39,628 nucleotides of DNA from a virus. The number at the start of each line of letters is the position of its first letter. Position 1 is the first letter of the stretch. Below are positions 1 to 7,106 of this stretch, piece after piece. The stretch lies in the IMG/VR virus record IMGVR_UViG_3300045988_039580, one strand, 5' to 3'. Below the pieces are notes generated by a model. The model searched no databases, was not told the origin of the DNA, and saw only the letters and a list, made by a program, of their open reading frames with translations. The position numbers and the translations under genes are program-made.

Positions 1-75
1 CACTCACATTGTAATGTATTACAGTTCATAAAGCAAGCAAAAAAGCGATAAATAAAGCATAAAATAAAAAAAAAG
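1..75. repeat. 75-bp direct terminal repeat, left copy (identical to 39554..39628)
   Basis: Read directly: cactcacattgtaatgtattacag...aaaataaaaaaaaag occurs at both ends of the window. Confidence 0.95.
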
Positions 76-105
76 AAGGGAATGCTATTTTTCAAGCATT
101 CCCTT
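61..105 (-). terminator. Strong rho-independent terminator ending the late/lysis operon
   Basis: 11-bp perfect stem (76..86 / 95..105), 8-nt loop, then CUUUUUUUUUAUUUU on the minus strand. The stop codon of the last lysis gene lies in the hairpin. Confidence 0.85.
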
Positions 106-333
106 GATCCGTTCCGAAAGATCTTTAACCTGTTCTTTTAGTGTAGCCACTTCCTTCTCCAGCTCGTTATGGCTTTCGATTTTTTTCGCCAGGCTGTCAA
201 CCTTTTTGTCCATCTGTTCCACTTTATAGTCCAGCAAGGCTGAATGTTTGGAGTTGCTGGTCCAGGTTGCTAGGACTGAAGGTACCCCGACGCAAAGTCC
301 GGATATGATCGCAACCAGAATTGTATCAGTCAT
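85..333 (-). CDS. Lysis-associated membrane protein, N-terminal TM helix plus coiled coil (XhlA-like architecture)
   Basis: 82 aa. Hydrophobic ILVAIISGLCVGVPSVLA followed by heptad-like K/E-rich helix. Start overlaps the holin stop (TAATG). Last gene before the terminator. Confidence 0.6.
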   Translation of the reverse strand: MTDTILVAIISGLCVGVPSVLATWTSNSKHSALLDYKVEQMDKKVDSLAKKIESHNELEKEVATLKEQVKDLSERIKGMLEK

Positions 334-542
334 TATTCTTCCTCATTTACTTCTGGCAAACCTGCTAGGCTTGTTAAAATTGAGCATACGCCTGCCACGA
401 CCGTTGTGCTCGCCGCGTACATCCAGTTTACGTCCGGAACGGCTGCGCCTACGGTGATAGAGGCTAGTGCTGTTTGAGCCATTGTCTTGATTGCTCGAAC
501 TCCTGCTGCTTCCCACCATGCTTTGTTTGTAAGTCTACTCAT
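333..542 (-). CDS. Holin (r1t-type-like)
   Basis: 69 aa with two hydrophobic segments. Pattern W..A..RAIKTMAQTA....W.....VVAGVCSILTSLAGLPE matches my recollection of r1t-family holins. GGAGGA RBS. Confidence 0.7.
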   Translation of the reverse strand: MSRLTNKAWWEAAGVRAIKTMAQTALASITVGAAVPDVNWMYAASTTVVAGVCSILTSLAGLPEVNEEE

Positions 543-562
543 CTTTGTTTCCTCCTACTACT

Positions 563-590
563 AAAAAGGGCACGCCTTCTGGCATGCCTT
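563..590 (-). terminator. Intrinsic terminator immediately upstream of the holin RBS
   Basis: Minus-strand RNA GGCAUGCC-AGAA-GGCGUGCC followed by CUUUUU. One pair is G.U only on the minus strand. About 10 nt separate the U-tract from the holin SD. Confidence 0.7.
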
Positions 591-597
591 CAATCAC

Positions 598-993
598 CTA
601 TACTATTCTAGAAACCGTTTCTGATGCGTTGATCAGAGTTCCGGCTGCTGATGTAACCCACGTAAGAGCGACCTTGTTTCCTGGTGCAGCTGGTGCTGCC
701 TGAATGACAGCGGATACTGGAAGAGTAATCACGTTATCTGCTGCAGTTGTGGTTACTTGTGCTACGGCTCCCGGGACTGCTGTTCCGTTAGCATAAAGTT
801 GCACTTGATTTGTTCCCGCTGCGGTTGCTGAAATCACGAAGTTTCCGTCCACTTTATATGTTCCAGGTTTTACGATCTCCAGAGCGTTTCCGTTTAGATT
901 GACTCTGTTGTTTGTCCGAGTCTGAACGCTTCCTGGTGGAATCGTTGCGCCTGCTGCTAGTGTTGCGCTTGTCGTGTTGACGACTTGGATCAT
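598..993 (-). CDS. Small all-beta-looking protein resembling a BclA C-terminal / C1q-TNF-like jelly-roll domain
   Basis: 131 aa, rich in G/A/T/V/N. Segments PGTYKVDGNFVISATAAGTNQVQLYANGTAVPGAVAQV and LINASETVSRIV resemble exosporium BclA-CTD-type proteins. No collagen repeats. Confidence 0.45.
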   Translation of the reverse strand: MIQVVNTTSATLAAGATIPPGSVQTRTNNRVNLNGNALEIVKPGTYKVDGNFVISATAAGTNQVQLYANGTAVPGAVAQVTTTAADNVITLPVSAVIQAAPAAPGNKVALTWVTSAAGTLINASETVSRIV

Positions 994-1003
994 GTCTCTA
1001 CCT

Positions 1004-1600
1004 CTAGGCTACTGTAGCGCCTGCAGGGTAGTAAGTTCCGTATTGTGGGTAGTATGGCGGATTTGTGTAATATCGTCCTAATTGGCTCAAAATGTTTTGA
1101 GTTTGTACGCTGTTTGAAATTGCCTGCAAGCTTTGATCGTATTGAGTTTTTAGAGCGTCATATTTGTCTTGCATCATTTGGGTCTTCAAGTTGCAGCAGC
1201 ATTGTTCCATCTGGTGAGATAGATTGTTAATGCTTTCTTGTACTCCTCCAAAACCTTGGCATAAAGAACTGTTTACACCGTTGAAGCCATTCATCATGGC
1301 CATTTGTGTTTGGTTTGCGTTTTGCATCTGGTTCATGTTCACCTGATTGATTAGCTGAGCGTTTTCGTATGAGCTTGAGCAGAGTCCGTTTGTGATTCCG
1401 TCTAGCTTACTAACGATTGCTTGCGTATCGAATCCGCGCTGAACCTCAGCCTGTGTGCCTTGCTGGTTGTTTCCCCAGGCTCCGCCACCAAATCCAAAAA
1501 TCAAAAAGAATAAAATTAGAATGATAATCCCGTTTCCTTCTAGAAAGCCATCCTTGTTTCCAGTTACAGAAGCGATATCAGATAATGATAAGTTGTCCAT
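1004..1600 (-). CDS. Membrane-anchored Q/N-rich, Cys- and Tyr-containing protein of unknown function
   Basis: 198 aa. TM helix IIILILFFLIFGFGG, long Q/N-rich region with LCSSS, LCQGF and CCCNL, and a C-terminal YYTNPPYYPQYGTYYPAG. RBS AAAGGAG 7 nt upstream. Confidence 0.75.
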   Translation of the reverse strand: MDNLSLSDIASVTGNKDGFLEGNGIIILILFFLIFGFGGGAWGNNQQGTQAEVQRGFDTQAIVSKLDGITNGLCSSSYENAQLINQVNMNQMQNANQTQMAMMNGFNGVNSSLCQGFGGVQESINNLSHQMEQCCCNLKTQMMQDKYDALKTQYDQSLQAISNSVQTQNILSQLGRYYTNPPYYPQYGTYYPAGATVA

Positions 1601-1626
1601 GTGTGTTCTCCTTTCTTATCTATCTT

Positions 1627-1640
1627 GATTTTGCAAAATC
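1627..1640. promoter_or_regulatory. Perfect 14-bp palindrome GATTTTGCAAAATC in the 40-nt spacer upstream of the 198-aa gene
   Basis: Read directly. Lies immediately after the stop of the 64-aa ORF. Confidence 0.5.
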
Positions 1641-1835
1641 CTATTTTAGAAAGCCCTTGAACTGTTCGGCCATTCGTTTGGCTTGATCCAGTTGAGCCTG
1701 CGTAAATTTTCCGGAGGCCATCAGCTCGTTTAAAAGTTGCTGTGGGTCCTGCGTCCCTAGCATCTTTTTAAACTGCTGAAATTGTTGCATCATGTTTCCG
1801 TTTCCTCCTGGTCTATTTTGAAGTAGTGGATTCAT
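1641..1835 (-). CDS. Small Q-rich helical protein, unknown function
   Basis: 64 aa. GAGGAGG RBS 8 nt upstream. Overlaps the upstream gene end by 23 nt. Confidence 0.7.
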   Translation of the reverse strand: MNPLLQNRPGGNGNMMQQFQQFKKMLGTQDPQQLLNELMASGKFTQAQLDQAKRMAEQFKGFLK

Positions 1836-2175
1836 GACGGTTGCCTCCTCTCGCGTTCTGTTCTACCTTTGAAAGCCATTCCTTGAATTCGGCTTTCGTG
1901 AGGTACTTGTCTTCCGGTTGATCTTCTTTCACTTCCTGGAAGCTATAAGCCTTGATTGTACAGAAGCCACTTGCGTCGGCTTGTTTCTGATAAAAAACAG
2001 GCTTGTTACTGTCCATTAAAATCACGGACTGATTTGGTCCTAAAGTGAAAGCTTTAGCACTTTCGATTCCGTTTACAAACTGAATCTGGTTCATTTGTTG
2101 AGTCGGTGCCTGCATCTGTGGCATTCCAAACTGTCCAGGCTGCGGCATGAAATTATTGAAATATGGTGTGTTCAT
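1813..2175 (-). CDS. Protein with Q/P/M-rich N-terminus and a compact C-terminal domain, unknown function
   Basis: 120 aa. N-terminus NNFMPQPGQFGMPQMQAPTQQMNQ. RBS AGAGGT. Confidence 0.7.
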   Translation of the reverse strand: MNTPYFNNFMPQPGQFGMPQMQAPTQQMNQIQFVNGIESAKAFTLGPNQSVILMDSNKPVFYQKQADASGFCTIKAYSFQEVKEDQPEDKYLTKAEFKEWLSKVEQNARGGNRHESTTSK

Positions 2176-2181
2176 TGTGTT

Positions 2182-2499
2182 CTACCTCTTTTCACCTATA
2201 TTCTCTAATATTTCCGTGTCTGGAATTGTTCCTCTTTTGTCCTTCTTTAGCTTGTAAAATCCGAAGGCCATATCAACCAAAAGGGCCCAGTAGTAGTCGT
2301 TTAAATCTTTGACGGTTTCTTCGAATTCGTCTTTTGACATACCTGCGTCCTGGTAGTGCCATTGCGAGTCTTGCGTTTTGCTTCTTAGCTGGTATACAAC
2401 TTTTTTCTGTCTGTTGCTCAGCCCTTGTTCTTCGATTAGAAAATGCGCAAAGTCTGGGCGTAGAGGTGTCTGGTATCTTCTATTTATTCTCCTGTTCAT
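2182..2499 (-). CDS. Hypothetical protein, possibly a small HTH/sigma-r4-like regulator
   Basis: 105 aa. GLSNRQKKVVYQL resembles a recognition-helix region. No well-placed SD. The initiation region is the 13-mer AGCAATAGAACAC followed by A then ATG. Confidence 0.55.
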   Translation of the reverse strand: MNRRINRRYQTPLRPDFAHFLIEEQGLSNRQKKVVYQLRSKTQDSQWHYQDAGMSKDEFEETVKDLNDYYWALLVDMAFGFYKLKKDKRGTIPDTEILENIGEKR

Positions 2500-2500
2500 T

Positions 2501-2513
2501 GTGTTCTATTGCT
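2501..2513. repeat. Copy 1 of exact 13-mer GTGTTCTATTGCT (also at 34612..34624 and 36461..36473)
   Basis: Read directly. Abuts the start codon of the 105-aa gene on the minus strand. Confidence 0.9.
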
Positions 2514-2521
2514 GATCCTTT

Positions 2522-3385
2522 CTATTTAAATGTTCCGTATGGACTTGTGTTAAATCCGGCCGAGTTTAGCTCCCCACAGGCCATCCATCTACGTGTTCCG
2601 TCTGCGCCAATCCAAGAAATCCAACAGTAGCCTTCTCGCTTCACGTACCCGTCATAATTGACGTGCTGTCCTTGAATATATGTTAGGCCTGTGTCCTGTC
2701 CTTTTAGGCTTGGCGCGCGTCTGATCTTGATTGTACAAGCAGGATAGAATGTAGCCTTTTCGTGTACAAAATCGGACGGGATACCGTTTAGCACGGATGC
2801 TGATCCAGTAGAAGTCTGGCTTCCCTGATTGAATGGTACACGGCTTGCATCTGTCCAATTTGCGAATGTTCCCTTATTTAAAATGACTGTTCCGTCTGTT
2901 ACGAATGCCAAGTCTGCAGAAATGTTATTAGGCAAGTGATATACTCCTTGCGAATTTCTGTCGTACATATGAGAGAACTTCCCTTTTGCAACTTCGATAT
3001 GCGCGTGATTTCCTGTTGCATATCCTGCAGTCCCTTCGTCTCCGAACGTGTCTCCTTGCTTGAAGTATTTCACTCTTTTGATATCCTCGATGTAGTTATC
3101 ATGAATGAACATAAATGTAGCGAAATCAATCGTTCCGTCTCTAAATAGTACTTTTTTGTCTGATTCTAGGAATACTGCATTTCCGTTTCGCGCCGAGTCA
3201 TAGGCTACTAGGTGACAGTCGCATGGTGCAATTGTTTCATCGATCCCGGTATCTTTGCCCGCGTTATCCATAGCATTTGTGCCTAGATGCGTTCCTACGT
3301 TGTTTCCTTGGGTTACATTCATGTACTCCATCGGAAAGCCTAAAAGCTGATATCCGCCTTTTGTAAGTTTTTGTCCTTTTCTCAT
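2522..3385 (-). CDS. Endolysin: M23-like metallopeptidase domain plus C-terminal SH3b-like cell-wall-binding domain
   Basis: 287 aa. THLGTNAMD ... GYATGNHAHIEV (HxH) fits the LytM/M23 layout. C-terminal GYCWISWIGADGTRRWMACGE looks SH3b-like. RBS AAGGAGG. Confidence 0.7.
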   Translation of the reverse strand: MRKGQKLTKGGYQLLGFPMEYMNVTQGNNVGTHLGTNAMDNAGKDTGIDETIAPCDCHLVAYDSARNGNAVFLESDKKVLFRDGTIDFATFMFIHDNYIEDIKRVKYFKQGDTFGDEGTAGYATGNHAHIEVAKGKFSHMYDRNSQGVYHLPNNISADLAFVTDGTVILNKGTFANWTDASRVPFNQGSQTSTGSASVLNGIPSDFVHEKATFYPACTIKIRRAPSLKGQDTGLTYIQGQHVNYDGYVKREGYCWISWIGADGTRRWMACGELNSAGFNTSPYGTFK

Positions 3386-3409
3386 ATTCTGGACCTCCTT
3401 CTATTTATG

Positions 3410-3437
3410 AAAAAGGAGAAGTCTTTCGCTCCTCCTT
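3410..3437 (-). terminator. Intrinsic terminator between xkdX-like gene and endolysin
   Basis: Minus RNA AAGGAGGAG-CGAAAGA-CUUCUCCUU then UUUC. One G.U pair exists only on the minus strand. 10 nt separate it from the endolysin SD. Confidence 0.6.
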
Positions 3438-3447
3438 GTTTCCAGTG

Positions 3448-3573
3448 TTAGTATGTTTCTCCGGTGATTTCTTTATACTGATCAGGCGTAAGAAATCCTT
3501 TTTCGCAGAACTTTCTTACCTGCTTATCTGTATATAATTTTAGATTATAGAATCTTTTGATTTTTTCAAACAT
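3448..3573 (-). CDS. xkdX: XkdX-family small phage protein (below the ORF-track length cutoff)
   Basis: 41 aa, MFEKIKRFYNLKLYTDKQVRKFCEKGFLTPDQYKEITGETY. Classic XkdX pattern and position after the tail fibres. Confidence 0.8.
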   Translation of the reverse strand: MFEKIKRFYNLKLYTDKQVRKFCEKGFLTPDQYKEITGETY

Positions 3574-3576
3574 AGA

Positions 3577-3921
3577 TTAGGCCTCGCTTTCTTCTAGAAG
3601 TGTGTCGGTCATTAACGCTGTATACATGACCTGCGCCTCAATCTTATCCTGTGCGGTTGCTTGTTGTTCTGGTTTTGCGACTTTCGGCTTATCTTCTTCT
3701 GCAATCTCAACAACTGCCCCATCGATATATTTATAATTGTATCGACCTAGTTCATCATACAATGATTTTTCTAAATATTGCGATTGAGCGTGCACGTGTT
3801 TATCGCCTTCACCTTCATCAATATTTATCATTCCTTGAATTTCTTCTTCTGATAAAAAGATTTCTGAATTAATAGATGTGATACATTTATCATCGTTCAA
3901 TTTAACATATACCTTATACAT
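3577..3921 (-). CDS. Hypothetical protein in the XkdW position (between tail fibre and XkdX)
   Basis: 114 aa. Assigned by position only. Motif GEGDKHVHAQSQY. Confidence 0.6.
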   Translation of the reverse strand: MYKVYVKLNDDKCITSINSEIFLSEEEIQGMINIDEGEGDKHVHAQSQYLEKSLYDELGRYNYKYIDGAVVEIAEEDKPKVAKPEQQATAQDKIEAQVMYTALMTDTLLEESEA

Positions 3922-3936
3922 TCTTTTTGCTCCCTT

Positions 3937-4833
3937 CTACGCCGCGTAAATTTCTGCGTCCAATTCAATGTAGCCGTCTGTATCAAATACCAATGTACAG
4001 TTTTGTTGGGTATTATCCGGTGCTAGTAATATTGTGATTTCGTTATATTCTGTTAATGAAATTTCTCCCACACTACTGAACTCATATTTTTTATAAGAAG
4101 CCCAATAATACAACCAAAAACTGCCAGCGCCTTTTATTGTCGGTTTAGTTCTCATATTTGATAGTTCATCACTAGATATATACGTTTGACTTGTGAAATA
4201 GCCATTTAATGATGCTTGTAATTGCTTGTAGTACATCATGCACTTCTGCAATTCTTCCGCGTAGTTTGGCGCAACATAAGTTGTAGCTTTACTGCCTTTC
4301 TCTAATTTAATCCATTCAATCGTGATTGACGCTCCTTGCTTCAATTCGATACTTGCTTCCTTTAAATAAGATAAATTTACGATGTTTAAACCTTTTACAA
4401 TCTTCTTTCCATTTGTTTGTCTGTATAGATATGCGTTTCCTGTCACTGCCGTAATATTACACGATAATGTACACGTATCATTGATTGCGTGCGCTAAGAT
4501 TTGTTTGAACCAAGCGCTTGTGTCGGTAGTCGCTAACGATGTGATGGTGACCGTTCCATCGATATTGTATACAACTTTAGTATTGATACTCATCCATCTA
4601 TCTAGTGTATACGTTGGTTTTGTAGTGTTATTCGAATATGTACCATACCCTCTTTGGTCAACTCTGAAATTCGAGTTAAGCAATAAATTTGGATTACTGA
4701 ATAGTTTTGCCATGTAATCCGTCAACTGCGTCAATGTACCTTTTTTTAATCCAGCGCCATTGTGCACCGGTAATAAACTTGTATCGGTAAAGCTAGGCAA
4801 TGCGTCTAGTTCTGTTACTTGTTTTCCTGCCAT
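3937..4833 (-). CDS. Tail fibre / receptor-binding protein candidate
   Basis: Start refined to the ATG at 4833 (AAGGAGG RBS, TAA of the upstream gene 1 nt before), giving 298 aa. N-terminus VTELDALPSFTDTSLLPVHNG is typical of fibre anchors. Last large tail gene. Confidence 0.65.
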   Translation of the reverse strand: MAGKQVTELDALPSFTDTSLLPVHNGAGLKKGTLTQLTDYMAKLFSNPNLLLNSNFRVDQRGYGTYSNNTTKPTYTLDRWMSINTKVVYNIDGTVTITSLATTDTSAWFKQILAHAINDTCTLSCNITAVTGNAYLYRQTNGKKIVKGLNIVNLSYLKEASIELKQGASITIEWIKLEKGSKATTYVAPNYAEELQKCMMYYKQLQASLNGYFTSQTYISSDELSNMRTKPTIKGAGSFWLYYWASYKKYEFSSVGEISLTEYNEITILLAPDNTQQNCTLVFDTDGYIELDAEIYAA

Positions 4834-4834
4834 G

Positions 4835-5077
4835 TTATTCCTCCTTGACTTTATATTTCCAATCCGTGCCGACTTCCCCACTTGCTACTTCGTAAGACCA
4901 ATCGGCTAGGATTGTATTCCCTTTTTCGTCCACTAAATCTTGAGCGCTTGTTGCGTTTAAATTTGTGGTAAAGTGGTTATTCATAACCATTTGATTTAGG
5001 TTATTGTGCGACGTTGTGACCGCCTTTATCTTGGTTACGATCCAGTTAATAGCTGCCTTATCTTTAAAACCGAGCAT
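4835..5077 (-). CDS. Small tail-associated protein sharing a ~52-aa module with the C-terminus of the 269-aa protein (6297..7106)
   Basis: 80 aa. AGGAGGTG RBS. MNNHFTT...ILADWSYEVASGEVG..WKYKVK is repeated in the other protein. Confidence 0.7.
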   Translation of the reverse strand: MLGFKDKAAINWIVTKIKAVTTSHNNLNQMVMNNHFTTNLNATSAQDLVDEKGNTILADWSYEVASGEVGTDWKYKVKEE

Positions 5078-5090
5078 AGGTTTTCACCTC

Positions 5091-5708
5091 CTATGCTGCG
5101 GACCACATTGCGTTCAGCTCGTCTGTCGTGATTGCTGTTAAATCGGTTGTCTTTACATATCCACTTAGGTCAATGTCTGTATTTCCGATTTTCTCGAACG
5201 TCTTTGTATCTGCAATCCAGATATATTCGTCATAAATATCTTGCGTTCCGTGTGAATGCGCTACTAAATAAATAACGCCGGTTGCGCCTGTAGCAGGAAG
5301 GCTCGTTACCTTTTCATATCTGATAGATGTAACATTTCCAACTGCCGAATTAATCAACGATTGCACTTGTGATTGTGTTTGGTACCCTTGTCCTGTAACT
5401 GTAGCTTTAACTTGAGTAGCATTTTGAAAGCCACTGTCGTTTGTAAGCTGCGAGGTTTTTGTTGGTACTGTTACGTCTACAGCTTTGTTGGTGTCTGGTG
5501 TTAGTTCTCTTCCGTTGACCTTCACCGTTGTGATTGCGTTAACCTGAGCTCCTGCTGCAATGCCTGCTAATTTGTTTTTCTCTGCTGTAGTGTAATCGTT
5601 TGTCGATAGTACTTTACCGCTTACGGCATCAACTTTCTTTGCTAATCCTGCTTTTGTCTTTTGGATTAGTAGGGTAGCCCCCGCCTTGTCCAGATATTCT
5701 GTAGTCAT
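5091..5708 (-). CDS. Tail fibre protein with fibre-type repeats
   Basis: Start refined to the ATG at 5708 (GAAGGAG RBS), giving 205 aa. LSTNDYTTAEKNKLAGIAAGAQVN and TKTSQLTNDSGF are common fibre repeat motifs. Confidence 0.7.
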   Translation of the reverse strand: MTTEYLDKAGATLLIQKTKAGLAKKVDAVSGKVLSTNDYTTAEKNKLAGIAAGAQVNAITTVKVNGRELTPDTNKAVDVTVPTKTSQLTNDSGFQNATQVKATVTGQGYQTQSQVQSLINSAVGNVTSIRYEKVTSLPATGATGVIYLVAHSHGTQDIYDEYIWIADTKTFEKIGNTDIDLSGYVKTTDLTAITTDELNAMWSAA

Positions 5709-5710
5709 GT

Positions 5711-6004
5711 CTATACTCCTTCCCACAAGCTGTTAAGCTCGTCTAGTGAGATTGCCTTGATCTCGTCATTTTTTATTGCGCCTACTTCTTCCGCCGTGTA
5801 GCTCGGCTTTGTTGGCTCTTTTGCCCATCCAGAAACTGTCGGGTCTTCTTCTTCCATAGCGCCTATGATTTCTTTACCGTTTAGAGTTGGCTTGTTTTTC
5901 AGTTTGTTATAATCGCTTGTTCCTGCGACGTATTGCTCTTTGAAGTCAAATCCCAGGCTTTCGTTTTCCTCGGCTAGATTGATACTAAATTTATCTTTCA
6001 TCAT
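5711..6004 (-). CDS. Small tail fibre-like protein
   Basis: 97 aa. SDYNKLKNKPTLNG and KPSYTAEEVGA motifs. ATGA overlap with the upstream gene. C-terminus ISLDELNSLW parallels ITTDELNAMW of the next protein. Confidence 0.65.
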   Translation of the reverse strand: MMKDKFSINLAEENESLGFDFKEQYVAGTSDYNKLKNKPTLNGKEIIGAMEEEDPTVSGWAKEPTKPSYTAEEVGAIKNDEIKAISLDELNSLWEGV

Positions 6005-6300
6005 TCTATGATATTCTTATATAAAACCGGAAAGACTGGGCGTGTTAGAATTGGGGAAGCTATGACCACTCCTTCTTCGGTGATAGCTCGAATTTGTACC
6101 TGATACCGTCCAGGCATAAATTGAAGCGTTTCTTCCTGAGTTAGCGTTACGGCCACAGTGTTTTCCTCAATCTCTAGGTCTTCCATTCTTTTTGTTAGAA
6201 GAGTCCCGTTCTGTTCGATTGTTAAATATAGACTTGTTAGTTTCTCTAGCTCGAGTCCTGATGTATGAATGATCAGAGTTGGCGTTGTTCCTTGTCTCAT
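6001..6300 (-). CDS. Hypothetical tail/baseplate accessory protein (Ig-like beta-rich)
   Basis: Start refined to the ATG at 6300 (ATGA overlap with the upstream stop), giving 99 aa. Confidence 0.6.
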   Translation of the reverse strand: MRQGTTPTLIIHTSGLELEKLTSLYLTIEQNGTLLTKRMEDLEIEENTVAVTLTQEETLQFMPGRYQVQIRAITEEGVVIASPILTRPVFPVLYKNIIE

Positions 6301-7106
6301 GATTTCACCTTGTAAGACCAAGCTTTACCTACTTCACCGGACTCAACTTCATACGCCCAATCGGCTAAAATTTCTTGTCCGTTCTCGTCTACTAGCGTTC
6401 CTGCATCAGATAAAAGAATCGTGGTGAAATGGTTATTCATAAGCATGTATTCAAGGTTTAGAATGCGCTGAGCCAGTGATGTAGCAACGTCCCCCTTGAG
6501 CGTTTCCTCTAAATTATCAAACCATGTTCTGAATTTCTCATTATTAGAGTTCTGAAAGTCTTCGTTCTCTTTCTGGATTCTTTCATAAAAGCTTTGGAAT
6601 TGATTGTATAGCTCTTGTGTTGGCACATTTGTTAATGTATCAACTGTCAAACCGCAGTAGCTCTCGTCGAGTCGCACATCCTGAATCATTTCCTGCGTAA
6701 TTTCTCCAGCTGATGCCTTTAAAGCTACAACGGCAATAATCAGCTCGTACTGTTCTAGATTTCGAATAGGCGTAGGCATTGACTGCGTTCCTTTCTGATA
6801 TACAAGGCCGCATGAATTGCTGATCTTATTATATCGAATGGCCACGTAGTCATATCTTGTGTAGTTTGTAGCGACGGTAGCTGTTAGAGTAGTTTTGTCT
6901 TTAGGCGAGTAAACGATACCGCCTATTCCGTCGCTGGATGTTTTTAAAAAGGCGAGCCCGTTACTGACTGATATATTCATACCACCGGCACTTTTCACTT
7001 CGAAGTCTTCACCGGTGATATTAAAAAGGCCAGGTGTTCTCCCGGCGTGGAACATCCGCAGATCTTCTGCCAGATACTCCGTATCATTTAAAGGGTACGC
7101 TGTCAT
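6297..7106 (-). CDS. Tail/baseplate structural protein
   Basis: 269 aa. Translationally coupled to the Tal-like gene. C-terminal module duplicated in the 80-aa ORF. Confidence 0.65.
   Translation of the reverse strand: MTAYPLNDTEYLAEDLRMFHAGRTPGLFNITGEDFEVKSAGGMNISVSNGLAFLKTSSDGIGGIVYSPKDKTTLTATVATNYTRYDYVAIRYNKISNSCGLVYQKGTQSMPTPIRNLEQYELIIAVVALKASAGEITQEMIQDVRLDESYCGLTVDTLTNVPTQELYNQFQSFYERIQKENEDFQNSNNEKFRTWFDNLEETLKGDVATSLAQRILNLEYMLMNNHFTTILLSDAGTLVDENGQEILADWAYEVESGEVGKAWSYKVKS

Noticed and set aside
1-75. The terminal repeat as a cos site or genuine physical direct terminal repeat
   Set aside because: Its 75-nt length and exact identity, with boundaries falling arbitrarily inside a promoter and a U-tract, look like assembler overlap on a circular molecule. 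This needs read-terminus analysis to settle.
3937-7106. Diversity-generating retroelement acting on the tail-fibre genes
   Set aside because: There is no reverse transcriptase anywhere in the genome. The repeated tail modules are only ~60% identical at the protein level, so they are not a TR/VR pair with adenine-specific differences.
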